Shown here: positions 40,301-52,086 of the stretch, piece by piece | Numbering within the stretch: position 1 is the first letter of the stretch | How the letters are laid out: every line of letters begins with the position of its first letter | DNA from: Cercozoa sp. M6MM | Lineage: Eukaryota; Protista; Endomyxa: Ascetosporea | Reading direction: 5' to 3' (one strand) | DNA: 61,948 nucleotides | Assembly: GCA_040357565.1 (NCBI GenBank) | Contig: JBDODJ010000064.1 | Translations under genes and position numbers: made by a program | Notes under the pieces: generated by a model | Told to the model about the DNA's origin: nothing | What the model saw: only the letters and a program-made list of their open reading frames with translations | Database searches by the model: none

Positions 40301-41444
40301 TTTAATTTGAGTCAGAAGGTTGTCCTCTTCCACCGCGTCTGCTCCAAAGTTCGCACTGACGTCCTGCGCGAATCATGACATTGTGAGAACGCAAAATACA
40401 AATTCAATACACTGGGAAACTGAGTGTACCACGAAAGTGGGCAAGCCACCAGTCATGAGTGCTTTCAGCCGTAACATGGTGGCAGTTGGTGCATCCGCGC
40501 GGAACCTGTATTTCCGGACGCGCTCGCTCTGCAACACACGTGTAAACTCATCTGCAACAGATGAACTAATCAACATACCTCATCTGAAAGCATCTGTCTC
40601 AGCCGAGGCATGCGATGCTCATAATGCTTGCGACCGTCCGCGCGGACCTTTTCAGGAAAAACCAGAATTATATCTATATAGATACATATATATGTATATA
40701 TATAAAGCGAAAATTAAGGAGAAAGCAATACATCGTCAGCCGGTTCACCGCTTTCGTTCGTAGTTTGATCGGTTCGTCCTTTCTAAAAGACAGAAAACTG
40801 AGCGAAAATCAAAAGTTTCAAGTGAAAGCAGAAAGCTACAATGAGCGCTGAGATGTCGAAATCGAGCAACTGTTGTTTTGAATCATCGAGATCGCGCAGC
40901 AAATCAAACTTGCCACCAACAACGTCATCGCCTAAAGTTTGGTTAGTCAAGTTTAGTTTACAAAGTTCTTTGAGTCAAAAGGCAAAAAGAAAAAACTACC
41001 GAAATCAACGTCTTCGACAAACTCATCGACAAAATCAAATCGCAAAGCATCGACCAGGAACAGAATGACGCGCGTTTCTGCCTGGGCTTTTTCATCTTGT
41101 TCATGCCCTTTAAATAAAACGTCCGTCAGAGCAGTGTTGCAACTTGGAGAAGTGAGTTACAGCAGGAGCCAGCAGGCGGCGCTGTTTTCACTTCGTCTGA
41201 AAACGTGACAAAAAAAGGTACCAAGCGGCAGCAGATGAAATTTCAAGCATACCAGGCAACATAATAGTTGGAACTTCCTCGCAAGATGTATGGTCTGTCA
41301 ACTAAACTCAACATTAAAACACTACTTCAGAATGAACGCGGGCTCATATACCTCATAGCGTGTCAGGAAGAAGCCGCTCATGAACAAGCCAAGCGCAGCC
41401 AGCTGGAACAGCGTTAACGGGCCTATAACCTGCCATCCTGTCAT
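37353..41444 (-). CDS. PIGO: GPI ethanolamine phosphate transferase 3 (PIG-O/Gpi13)
   Basis: LGLFMSGFFLTRYE; RVILFLVDALRFDF; FRADAPTATMLRLKALMTGGLPTF; GDDTW; HVLGVDH; GDHGMTSEGNHGG; QVDLTTTLATLLNVPVPFG; FYATGH; RRHLMVWDVFAPRFVF. Confidence 0.94.
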
Positions 41445-41847
41445 TCCACAGCGCTTAATCCACACATACACACAATGCAATATTATTGTATGGCATTCTG
41501 ATGGGGAAAGTCTACCCCCTTTAAGAAATTATCGCAGCGCGGTTGGTCACGCGAAAACGAATCCCTGTGTGCATGCGCGTGCGCGTTTGTTTGAGTGTGT
41601 TTCTGGCTCCTGGTGGCGCCTATTAACGCAGCTGCAAATATAATCACTGAGGCTGGTCCGAGCGGATGAGTCAGCGACATGTGCTGAACCGCGTGTCCGC
41701 CGGTATGGTGGCCCTCCACGACACCGGTCGCGCCGCATGTGATTTGAAGACGTCCGCTTTGTTGACGTCGGAGGCTTTTCGCGATGGCAACTTCCGCCGG
41801 TATTAAACAAATGCGATAATTGATTTGGCTGTTTTCATCACTTGGTT

Positions 41848-44331
41848 TTGCAGCAAGCAGCTCGCGTCTGTTCGGTCACGGAAAAAGTCTCCAAGCAAGT
41901 CATCAACTTGGCAGCCGCTTTCTCAACTGCAGGTTCCGTCAGAGGAAGCGATTCGAACCGCGGAGTTTTTGGTTGCTTCATCGCTTCGGCATGGTGGTAT
42001 TTCGAACGTTATATTATCGTGTTTGAATTGACGACGTTAAATTTTTGTTTAGCGCAACCTGCGGTAACGGCGGAAATCCTCGCAAAAATGCATGGGTAAC
42101 GATCAGTTTTGAAAGCTGTCAGGTTTGTTTTTTCAAGAAGAGAAACTAAAAACTTAGCGATGGCGTCCTTATTGAAAAAAACCTTGATCGCGCAATCGAT
42201 GCTTTCGTAGTTTTCTCGCTTCATTTACCTCTGTGCATTCGAGCTTTTACGCCTGTGTCTTGCAGCTTCGGGCGAAGAAGGGCTCGCAGCCGATGCTTAA
42301 ATCTGTGGCCGCCATCCTTGCGCACACGGACTTTTCGTATGTTTGACATCTTGGAACAATGAAATTGTATGTGTTGGTGTTTTCAGGGACAAATTCACGG
42401 ACGGTGAGGCCGAAATGGCTCGTGAAACCTTGCGGTAAAGCTGGAAAAGGAACATAGATAAAAAATATCCGTACTTTGATCAAATGAGATATGCTACAGA
42501 CCATACCTGCCGCACCTGCGACTGGATCGCGTTTTGGAGTTGCGACAACGTGGCGGCATCGCAACCGGCGATGCTCATTTCGCGTCCTGCGTTAAAGGTA
42601 CGTGTTGTTGTTGGGTTCTTGTTTGCTTAAGCGAGCTTTGTTTTGTGTTGCAGTTGGAGAGGAATTCGCCTTCTCTCTGAAACCGCAAGACGCGTTCGAG
42701 GTGTGTTTGTTCTTTGTGCTTTCGATTGTGTTTTCGATGAGCTAGTTTCTTGAGATAGGCGATGACTTCGCTGCCAGAACAGAAACGCGTTCGTGTGACG
42801 AATCTTCCTTGGTGTGTTTTGTGTTCTTGCGCTTTAAAGAAGCCGTATACCTCGCTACCAGGTCGGTGCCGTTGCCGGAGATTTTGTCGTTTTTGACGCA
42901 CGTTTTCCCGTCGATCCAAGCGGCCGTATTTGTCGGCGACTCACGATCACGGCATGCTCGCAAGTTGAACCGGTAGCTTTGGGCTGTGTCTGCGGCCTGT
43001 ATGATTTTATCCTTATATCTATATACATCTGTGTGTGTGTTAGCTGGCTCAAGTCGCAAGTAACCTCGCAGGCCAGACGCGACGTGTCAATTCCGTTGCT
43101 GCTTCTGCACGCTCAACTGACACTCGCCATGCAGACTGTATCTTTCCCTTTGTCTCTCTTGATAAGGCTTTCTTCACGAGCAAAACATACGCAGGCAAGA
43201 CTGTCGAAAGACAACAAGTGGCCTGGATTCGATCCTGACAGCTGCATGGCTGAAGGAGAGCTGTTCATGCACGTGCGAAAGCTGCTGCCAATGCGTGATC
43301 AAGTACTTTCGCTGCATTTCTTTGACTGTGCAGTGGATAATCATTGGATTGGAGTGCAGCAAGCCATCGTGACAGGACTGCGGCAATACTTTAGCGAACC
43401 CGACGAAACCGACTCCGACGAAAACGGTACCGACGACGAATCACACGAAGACGACTCGCTGGACGAAATTGAGGAACACAGTGAGGAATTTGAGTATACG
43501 CGTGTGCTCATGCTGTCTGAACGACAATCGCATGTAAACTTCACTCCGTGTGTGTTTGTGCTTTGACTGTATACCTTGCTTTCTCGGGCAGGTTTCTCGA
43601 AGTGCCCGTGTGCGTGAACGTTTCCAGTCGGTAAACATTCGTTCCTTTGCGGTTTTGTATCATGTATTGGCACTCTGTTCAGCAAGCCTACGTCGATCTC
43701 TATCTGGACAACGACGCTGAGATTGAGAAGGCGTCACGTCGAGTATCTCATTCTTTATTGTTATTCCAAGGTATTCTCGAAAGTTAAACCTCTGTAGTCG
43801 ATGAGAGCACTCGGAATTGCGTTCAAAGCAACGAAATTGCGGTAGAGTGTTTATATGCTTCAGTTTTGTTTACTTTGTTTTGTTTTAGTGTGCGAAAGGG
43901 CGAGCAGACTGACACGTTTGTGCCAACAACTTACGGAAGCTCGAGCGACGTCGATCTTCAGCAAGATGAGTTCCTCGCTTCCGTCCACGAGACGCTGCGA
44001 CAAAGCTCGTACACTTTGTCTCTTTATGAAGAACATACATTTACTTGGTGTGCATAGAATGCGCGTGCACAACGCACAGTCGTCGCTGTCGCAAATGGAC
44101 GCTCAACTGCGCGAACGCATGGAGGAACTCATGCAGTTGCAGCTCGAGCAGCAGGATTCACACGATGTTGCAGAACAAGAGGTGCACGAAGAAGTGACCT
44201 TCAGTGAAGACGACGTGTTCGACCTGTTCAACACTCTTGGACTCGACGACGACGATGAGGACGAGAACGACGACGACGACAACATTGATAATGACTCCGA
44301 CGCCGATACCGACGCACGGACGCCCGAGTGA
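41848..44331 (+). CDS. Uncharacterised multi-exon protein with two strongly acidic tracts; start unresolved
   Basis: Regular + strand exon/intron alternation (T-rich GT...AG introns); exons include DETDSDENGTDDESHEDDSLDEIEE and terminal LGLDDDDEDENDDDDNIDNDSDADTDARTPE*. No family recognised. Confidence 0.6.
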
Positions 44332-44522
44332 ACCGACTAGCGCAGCCGCGGCTCATTCCGTTCCGTATACGCGACCTGCGCATTGCGTTGGCGTTATAAT
44401 CGAATTACTTTGATGTCAGTCGACTGGGAAGCTGAGGTTTTATTATAATAAGTTGAGTTCTCGTCGCGTCACGCAGGGCATGGCTCGTGTCGGATACGTA
44501 CGATGTTCTTCAGTCAAAGTTT

Positions 44523-45296
44523 GTCGCGTTTTTCAACTGGCTGGCAGCGAAAGCAGGAAGGCGACGCATACGCACGTGGCCGCCGAGGTGAGGCATAGCA
44601 GCACGCTGTCAATATCGAGCAGCGAGATGGCCACGGAGAGCTATGTTAGGTCCTGTCGCTCAGCAGGATCACGTACACGGAGCCGTGGGCCCGTAAAAAT
44701 TGAGCGCGTCTGGCAGGACAGGCAAACCAAAGATTTAACGCGTGTACAGGAGTCGTACTGTAGCCTCTCGCTTCGTCGCTTTTACACCAGTCCAAAAGTT
44801 ACGAGCGAATCCTTTGGGCAACAACGCGCCTGCGTTGCCCAAAAAGCCAAAAAACAACAATCTGGGCCGATAAAACTAGCACAAGGCCCAAAATACGACC
44901 CGGGGCATGTTAGCACCAACTACGAAGGTGCTAATCGCCAAGTTAGAGCCCAGAAAACGCATCACAGCGATCCGGCTCCCAAGGTTTCTGCGGAATCAAG
45001 CAAGCTCCTCGCATCGGCGCGAATTATTTTTCCAAAACAAGTCATTTTCCGACTGCTGTGGGACAACACAAAAAACTCGATTGTTAGATGTGCTAAGCAC
45101 AGCCGCGGTGCTAAACAGGATAACTGATCCGTTAGGTCTCTAGAAAAGCGAGCTATGCTGCTATAAAGCGCTTGTGAGGCTTTTGACTTGACCGAGCCTA
45201 TCATTTTTCGCCGTATGGGTGGCTACAGCCCTTGCGAAACGCCATCCCTGCGTTTCACGGCCTAAAGACTCAAAACTGAGCGTCTCATCTCAGTTT
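44523..45296 (+). ncRNA. Candidate long structured RNA (dense hairpin array); identity unknown
   Basis: At least 12 consecutive stem-loops (stems up to 10 bp) separated by A-rich linkers, with G-U wobbles favouring the + strand; see findings. Confidence 0.4.
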
Positions 45297-45341
45297 AAGT
45301 GTCAAAAGAGCTTTAAGAGACTGTACAAGCCCGCGCAGCCT

Positions 45342-46347
45342 ATGGGTGCTTCGTGTGAAATTGAGGCCGTCGAAAGACGTGAGCGCCGGTCGCGACTCGC
45401 CCTTGTAGGCGCATGCCTTGGCCAAGTGTGTGACGGAGCAGGTGACTCTCTGCATTTTGAGTGATTTTTGTGGATTTCGGTCCCTTGCTCCAAAGGAATA
45501 TGTTTTGTGTGTTTTTCGGTTTCAAGTCAACTTTTTTTTGGGCTGGGCCGTTTTTGGCCACCGATCCTGCCAGCTTGGACTGTTTTGTGCCGTAGCTATC
45601 GTATCAACTGGCCTCGTGGCCCCAGCGCTGTCGTGTGACAAAAACCCAGATGCGTCGGAGTGTTTGTCGTGAGTTCCTTTGTCCTGAGAGCATATTATTT
45701 TCTGAGTTGTTGTTTGTAGAGACGCACAACTGGGTCTGTTCAATGGCGTTATCTTTGTCGGCATGTTCCTCGGCTGTCTGGTGAGCGGAGCAGCGGCCGA
45801 TCGTTTCGGTAGAAGGCGGACATCGATGGCGGCCTTGATGGGTCTGATCGCAGCGTGCATCGCTTCAAGTATCTCGTCGGGCTACATTGCGAGCCTCCTG
45901 TGGCGCGCTTTGCTTGGCTTCTGGTACACAAACATCTGCGTTAGCTTTGTTGCCGTTATTGATTGCTTTTTCAGTGTGTCATTGACGGGCACGCCATTGT
46001 ACACCTTCGCGAGCGAGTGGTCGGAGACGGCAGCTGCGGCGAAAACGCGCGTCGCCATCGTGGCGGCCGCCTTCGTTGTGGTGACACACACAAAATCTGT
46101 TTCGATCCAGAGATATCGGCTATATTTATGTCTGTGCCCGTACTGCGTGTGAACTAATTGTGCACAGTGCATTTGTGTATGAATGCATGGGCATATACGC
46201 ACACAGTCACCATGGTGGTTTGAGGGGGACTGGGGGCTGCAAGTCAACTGGGCTGGACTCTTCCGGAGTGAGGAGGCGTGTGTGGGGTTTGTGTCACGCT
46301 GCAGCCTTCCTGTTTTGTGTGTGGGGTGTGTGTGTGTGTGTGCAATG

Positions 46348-46389
<42 letters not shown>

Positions 46390-47750
46390 GTTAATGTATA
46401 ATGTGTATATGCATGTATATTGGTAGGGCGCGGCCTACCCGGCCGCCTTGGCGTGCGCGGTGGTGCCGAAGGTGATGTTGCCCAAGTGGAAGTGGCAGTT
46501 CATCCTGGTGTGCCCGGTGCCTCCGGCCGTACTCACCGTCATCGTGCTGGCTCTGGCTGTACCCTAATATCTATTGTGTGCGTAGTTGTGTATTCTACTC
46601 CTGTGGACGTGCAGTACGACTCGCCGGTGTACTTGACGCTGTTCCGCGATGAGGACACGGAGGGATCGATCAATGTCACGGCCAGCGATCGCAGCAACAC
46701 GTCGACGTCGAGCGACCGTAGCGACAGTCGCGGCAGCTCCATGACGGACGCCAGTCAGCCGGACGACACGCCGCTGCTGGGACCCGACGGCGGCGCTGGT
46801 GACTCTGTATGGCAGCGCATAGGACAACTAGTGTCGATGCCGGCCTTCTATTTGCACACGGTGGCCTGGCTCGTCTGCACTGGTACACTGCCCTCTGCTT
46901 GTGTCTGTTTGTATAGATTATCTATGCATGGCTTGTAGGCGTGTACTTTGGCGTGCTGAACCAGATGCCGCTCTTCTTTAGCGACTCTGATAGTGCGCGC
47001 ACGCCCTTTGTCGCCTCGCTGATGTACACACGCACATTTATGTGAATCTGTAGGTGTGTGTGGGTGTGTATGTGTGGGTATGTCGGCAGTATCAATGCGG
47101 CGCAGCTGCCGGGCGCCGTGTCGGCCTTTATGCTGCTGCGCGCGCGTACCTTCCGCGCCAACACGCTCTTCATTGTGTGCGCCTCGCTGACGGGCGGCGC
47201 CTTGATCCGTATGCTTTGCTTTGTAGGGGACTTGGGGTGGTAGGTACGACAGTGTACTGTGTGTGTTGTTGTAGTGACGCCGTTCGCGGGCGTCGAAATC
47301 GTGACGCTCGCTTTTGGTGTTGCGGCGTGCACGTGCTGTTTCAACGGTGCGTGCTCCCTGTCCTCGGTTCAGATCGGTGCATTTATGTGTGTGCGTGTGT
47401 GTATGTGCTTAGTCCTGTGCTCACTGACGGCATCGGTCGTGGTTTTCCCCGAGCACCTGGCTGCCATCACATTGTACCACTCATTCGCTTGGGGGTACGG
47501 GTGATTGTATGTGTGTTGACGATGTGTTGGTGTAGCTCCGGCTGTATGGCGCTCGGTCGACTCGGTGGCTTTGTGTCACTCCTCGCGTTTGGTCACTTGG
47601 AGGACAACACCGTGCTCATTGCGTACGCATAGGCTTTTCTTTCTCTGATGTTGTGGTTTGTATGTGTGATATTGTGATATGGGCAGGTGCGGTGTCTGCA
47701 GCTTGGCAATGGCCTTGATGGCGGCGATGTGCCGCAAGTCGTTCCGCTAG
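45342..47750 (+). CDS. Major facilitator superfamily transporter (SV2/SVOP/organic-cation-like)
   Basis: GACLGQVCDGA in TM1; MFS motif A GMFLGCLVSGAAADRFGRR; WRALLGF; YTFASEW; late GCMALGRLGGF; ends AMCRKSFR*. Confidence 0.88.
46349..46385. repeat. (TA)n intronic microsatellite next to a (GT)n tract
   Basis: tatata tract within an MFS gene intron. Confidence 0.9.
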
Positions 47751-48063
47751 ACGCGCATCGCCGCTCTTCGATCGGTCGCACAATGCGATCTTGATTTTTT
47801 TTGTCGGCGAACGCAAACAACGCACGAAAGACACACGCGTGCGCCCGACTGCACAACTGCTACTTGAAATGTCAAATACACCAACCACACGTGTACAGAG
47901 CCTCGTCTAGTCTGGTCCTGTCCAGTTGCGGCTCGCGTGACGATTTGTTCTTCACTCACCGTCGTCACGGTTCGAGCTGATTTTTGTAAACAACGTAACT
48001 TACATGCCATTAGATTCCACTTGCATGCTGCGTCGCAACCACTGTCAGTTAACTCGTCATCGT

Positions 48064-48688
48064 TTACTCAGTTCGGAGCTGCCGTTGCGTGAAAGTGTCG
48101 TCGTCCACCGGATCCAAGATGGCGTCCTCCCTGCACACAAGAAGAAAACTTAGCATTGAACAACGAACTGGGTGCTGTTTTCAAGTACCACTGAACGTCT
48201 TCCATGGGACGAACGCGGCTGGCTTCGACGGCTGACCATGACTGATTGGGCTGGGAAACATTGTGTACGGTGGCGAAGAAACAAAATAGCCAGTTGCGAA
48301 GAGCCTTCAATACCTGACGCTCAGCACGGAACATGACGGGATCGTCCTGTCGGAAATCGACAAAGCCGTCATTGAGCACCTCGGTGTAGTGCAACATCAG
48401 CGTCTCGCCCGACCTAGCCACAAATAAAATGAGTCAATAAAAATAATCACCCTTCCGCGAATGTATCGGGACTGTGTTACTTGACTTCTTTGACGAAACC
48501 GTAGCTGCCGTACCACTTGGAGATTCGGCCAAGGTACTGCTTGCCGTCCTCGAGCACCTGGTCTGCACCAACACATGCCAGCATTTTCAGAACACTCCGC
48601 CAACGATCGATTTTTGAAACTTACGCAGGTGCGGGCTGTAGTAGCCGCGCGCGCCCGACGCGCCCACTCGGCGCACTATCCGCTGCAT
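48064..48688 (-). CDS. Small cold-shock-domain (OB-fold) RNA-binding protein, possibly mitochondrial
   Basis: MQRIVRRVGASGARGYYS (Arg-rich, no acidic residues), then YLGRISKWYGSYGFVKEVKSGETLMLHYTEVLNDGFVDFRQDDPVMF...EASRVRP (CSD pattern KW...GFV...H...GF...V.F...A..V); acidic tail, stop TAA at 48064. Confidence 0.75.
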
Positions 48689-48852
48689 CGAACACTCTCA
48701 CGGCCAGGTTGCTGCACGTGAGCGGGCAGTGCCGATTTCAGCCTGAGCTCCACTCGGCTCATTTTGAGCCGACTGGCCGCTCCTCGTGACTGCTCCGATT
48801 GACACATTGCGAGTGCTTAGGTGCGTGTGTTGCCAACTGACCGGGTCGTCCT

Positions 48853-51800
48853 ATGGACAAGGTGGGTTTCTTGCGGTGAGGGTGTTCTTGCGATCGGCAC
48901 CAAGTTATTATTTCTTGTGGTTCCATTTGTTGTTGTTTTTCTCGCGAAAATTCGTCAAACTGCCTATCCTGTTGATTCGTTTTGAATGTTGGTATACAGA
49001 ATGACCTAAATGCTCCGCGCGGACGGCCGCCTCCTGATCCGATTGGACCACCCCGACTGATGAATCAGCAGCGGCAAGCTCCTCCACTGTGGCAGCACGC
49101 TCCTGTGGGTTGGGGTCACCCGTTGCAGCCCTTGCCTGCTGACTTCTGTGCTTTTCCGTCTCCGTGGCCAGTTGGTGCCATTAATCAGTTTTCTCACTTT
49201 CAGCTTTTTTCTTTTTGCTTGAGCTTCCCAGCTTTCGCTTGAGCGTCCTTCGAGCTTTGGCTTGTTTTAGCTTTCGTTTTCGCTTTCAGTTGCAACTCAT
49301 TGTTTCTTTGGTACTTCTGAGCAGATCACCCGGCCTGGCGCGATCCTCCGCGTGCTTCGCTGCAACAGCAGCGTTTCGTGCATCACTACACGCAGATGAT
49401 GCATTCGCATGGCCCTCCTCAGCAGCCGTATTATCCATCCCATCCGTTTGGCGCCCCGTATGGAGCGCCGATGATGCCGGTGCCTCCTGGAATGCCAGTC
49501 GCGCCGTCAAAGCTGCACGCGGGACCTCCTGTCGTCATGAACGAGAATGCGAGAAACTTGCGAAACTTGCCGGCCGAGGTGCGTGCTGTCGAAACTGCGA
49601 CTCCGAAAGCGACGTACGCACCGCCTGCCGTCGCTTGCGAAATTGCTCGCACTGGTTCTCTCTCTCTTTGTTTCAATTTTGTTTGTCGTAAGTTGTTTTC
49701 TTTGATGAGGACAGCGTCGCGTGCCTCTGTCAGTGGATTGAAACTGAAGCCATCTCCTACTGTAAGCTTTCACTTTGAACTGGTTTTTTTTTTTTGCTTT
49801 CATTCTATGTTTGCACTTTGAACGTGTGGCTTTGCGTTTGCAGCACTGCGTGCAAAGCGCATCGACACGAGACTCCATGAACGAGCAATTGCGTCAAATG
49901 GTACGCGCTACGGCTTTGCTTTGGTACAGTCTTATGGCGTTTCTGCACAGCAATTTCCACAAGCGAATGTCGAGATTCCGGGCGGTTTGATCGAGTTTCT
50001 CAACCGTCGCTGGAGTGTGCTGCACCGAGAAGGCGCAATGTCGCTTCGTTGCGAGGCCAAGTTGCAAAAATACGGCAGTGCAGTTTCCGGTCTCGCGGTG
50101 CCCCCTGTGTCTGACCTGGACTTGTCGCTTTCGATGTTGTATTTCGGTAGTGCTGTCTGCCCACACACAATGTCTTTTTATATTGTATTCATTGCGTGTA
50201 GAGCCGGTGTCGCTGCCGAAAAAGAAGCGTCGAAAGCGTCGAAAGAAGTCGGATCCTGTGTCTGTTGACATCAGTTACTATCACAAGGTGTTCTAGTTTA
50301 TGTAGATATTGTACAGTGCCTTCGAAGACAAGTCCGTGTACGCCTATAAACCGGCTGATATTATTCGCTTTGCCGGTGTGTTCCGCCTTGTTTGTTGTAG
50401 TATCGATGATGTTTGTGTGCTTCGAAAGGAGAAGCACTCAAGTCGATCGCCGAAACAGTCGTGAGTGCCAAGACGGGCGAGGTCTCGTCTAACACGGAAC
50501 GAAGCGAGTCGCACGAGTCACTTCGCGTGACCAAACTCCTTGTGCTGCCTGCGATCACAGTGCCTGTGCTCAAGTGCAGCATGTACTCTTGCCTTCTCGC
50601 GTCACATCCACGGTCTTAATTTCTGTTAACGTGACACCTTTATAGCAATGGTCTCAAAGTTGACATCACGGCCGAGAACAACGTCGCCTTGCACAACACG
50701 GAGCTGCTGCGTCATTATTCACAGGTATCTCTGCTATCATCTGTGTGTGTGCTAGGCAACTTTGTTTGTGTAGTGCCACCCTGTGGTGCGACTCTTGTGC
50801 CTGCTGGTTAAGAAGTGGGCACGTGCACGACGCATCAACGACGTACACCGACTGATCTCTTGTGTACGGAGGTTGTATTGCTTGTGTAAAACAGGCCTTT
50901 TCGCACACGTTGTCGTCCTACGCGCTGATCTGCATGGTGCTCTTCTTCCTGCAGCACGAGGGCGTGCTGCCTGTGCTTCAGTTGCCGCACTGGGCGTACC
51001 TTTCACCATAGTTAATGTCATTCCGCAACCTTACAACTATGCCCGCAGTTCCAACCGACGCGACGAACTGGCGGCCAACGTTATTGGCACACTTCGAAGT
51101 CGATGGACGTACTTTGATGTGTTCATTTCATGTGATTTCAATCTGTGTCACCCATTGTCCTTGCAGCAAGGAGGTGCAGCGATTGCACCTCAAGCCGAAC
51201 TTGGAGCACTCTGAACCGACGACGTGCGCCGAGTTCGATGTTACCTTTGATCGGGTACGACCTCTTGTATCGGTATCTGCGTATGGATGGTTTTAACTGT
51301 TTGTGTGTGATGTAGGACATGTCGACAAAGTGGTTTGAAATTAAGAGTGAAACTCCGTCGCTCGCGTCGCTTCTGACGCGCTTTTTCGCCTTTTACGGTT
51401 TCCGCATCGATTGGGTACCTTTTGATTTTGGTTTTTCAGGTTTAGCTTCATGCTGCGCACTATGACTCAGAGTGAACACGTGCCGAGCATCCGACTCGGT
51501 GTGCTGCTGTCTCGGCGCTGCAAAAAGACTCTCTGTACCAAGAAGACGATGTGTATTGAGGTACGCATATCCCTGTCTGTATGATACCGTCGCTAGGCCT
51601 ACGTTTGGTTCGTAGGACCCATTCGAATTGGACCACAATTTGAGCAAGTCTGTCACACGAAAGACATTCCGCTATGTGTGTGACGAATTCCGGTGCAGTG
51701 AATTTCACACTCTCATCTTTGCTTTTGGGGGTGTTTTACCGACTGTTTTTGATTTGCAGAGATGCCTACGATATCTGTGCACAAACCGGCGACTTGGAGG

Positions 51801-51877
51801 AGCTGTTTAAGCCTTTTGACCCAGAGGAAGAAAACGCTGGCAACCCGGATGATGAGCTTGCTGCCTTCATTCGATAG
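48853..51877 (+). CDS. Non-canonical nucleotidyltransferase, Cid1/TUT4-7/URT1-like terminal uridylyltransferase with Pro-rich N-terminus
   Basis: YGSAVSGLAVPPVSDLDL; KVDIT...ALHNTELLRHY; LLVKKWARARRIND; TLSSYALICMVLFFLQ; LLTRFFAFYG; PAP-associated CIE-DPFELDHNL. Confidence 0.9.
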
Positions 51878-52086
51878 CTCGACTGCTCGAGTCGTGTGAA
51901 AGTGTGGTCTGCTCACGCGGTCTAGCTATCGTATCAATATCTGTGGCACGGTCCTTCCAGCGGCACTACGGCTAGCGCTGAGCTCGGCGCAAATCGTGCG
52001 TAGTCTAGATCTCATCTGTGTTTTACGTTAAATGATAGATATACCAGCCGTAGCCTCCTGGCGTATATTATGCGATGATGTTGGTT

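Noticed and set aside
44058-44140. LSQMDAQLRE resembling the Ecdysoneless/SGT1 C-terminus
   Set aside because: None of the conserved N-terminal Ecdysoneless motifs is visible in the upstream exons.
44453-45127. 224-aa intronless + strand ORF
   Set aside because: Non-ATG start, no recognisable domain, no introns in an intron-dense genome; the hairpin array explains the region better. Not fully excluded.
44776-45325. Fragments resembling U5 loop 1 (cgcttttac), group II domain V (cgccgtatg), group I R element (agagactg) and RNase P CR-V
   Set aside because: In each case the required flanking stem or pairing partner is missing.
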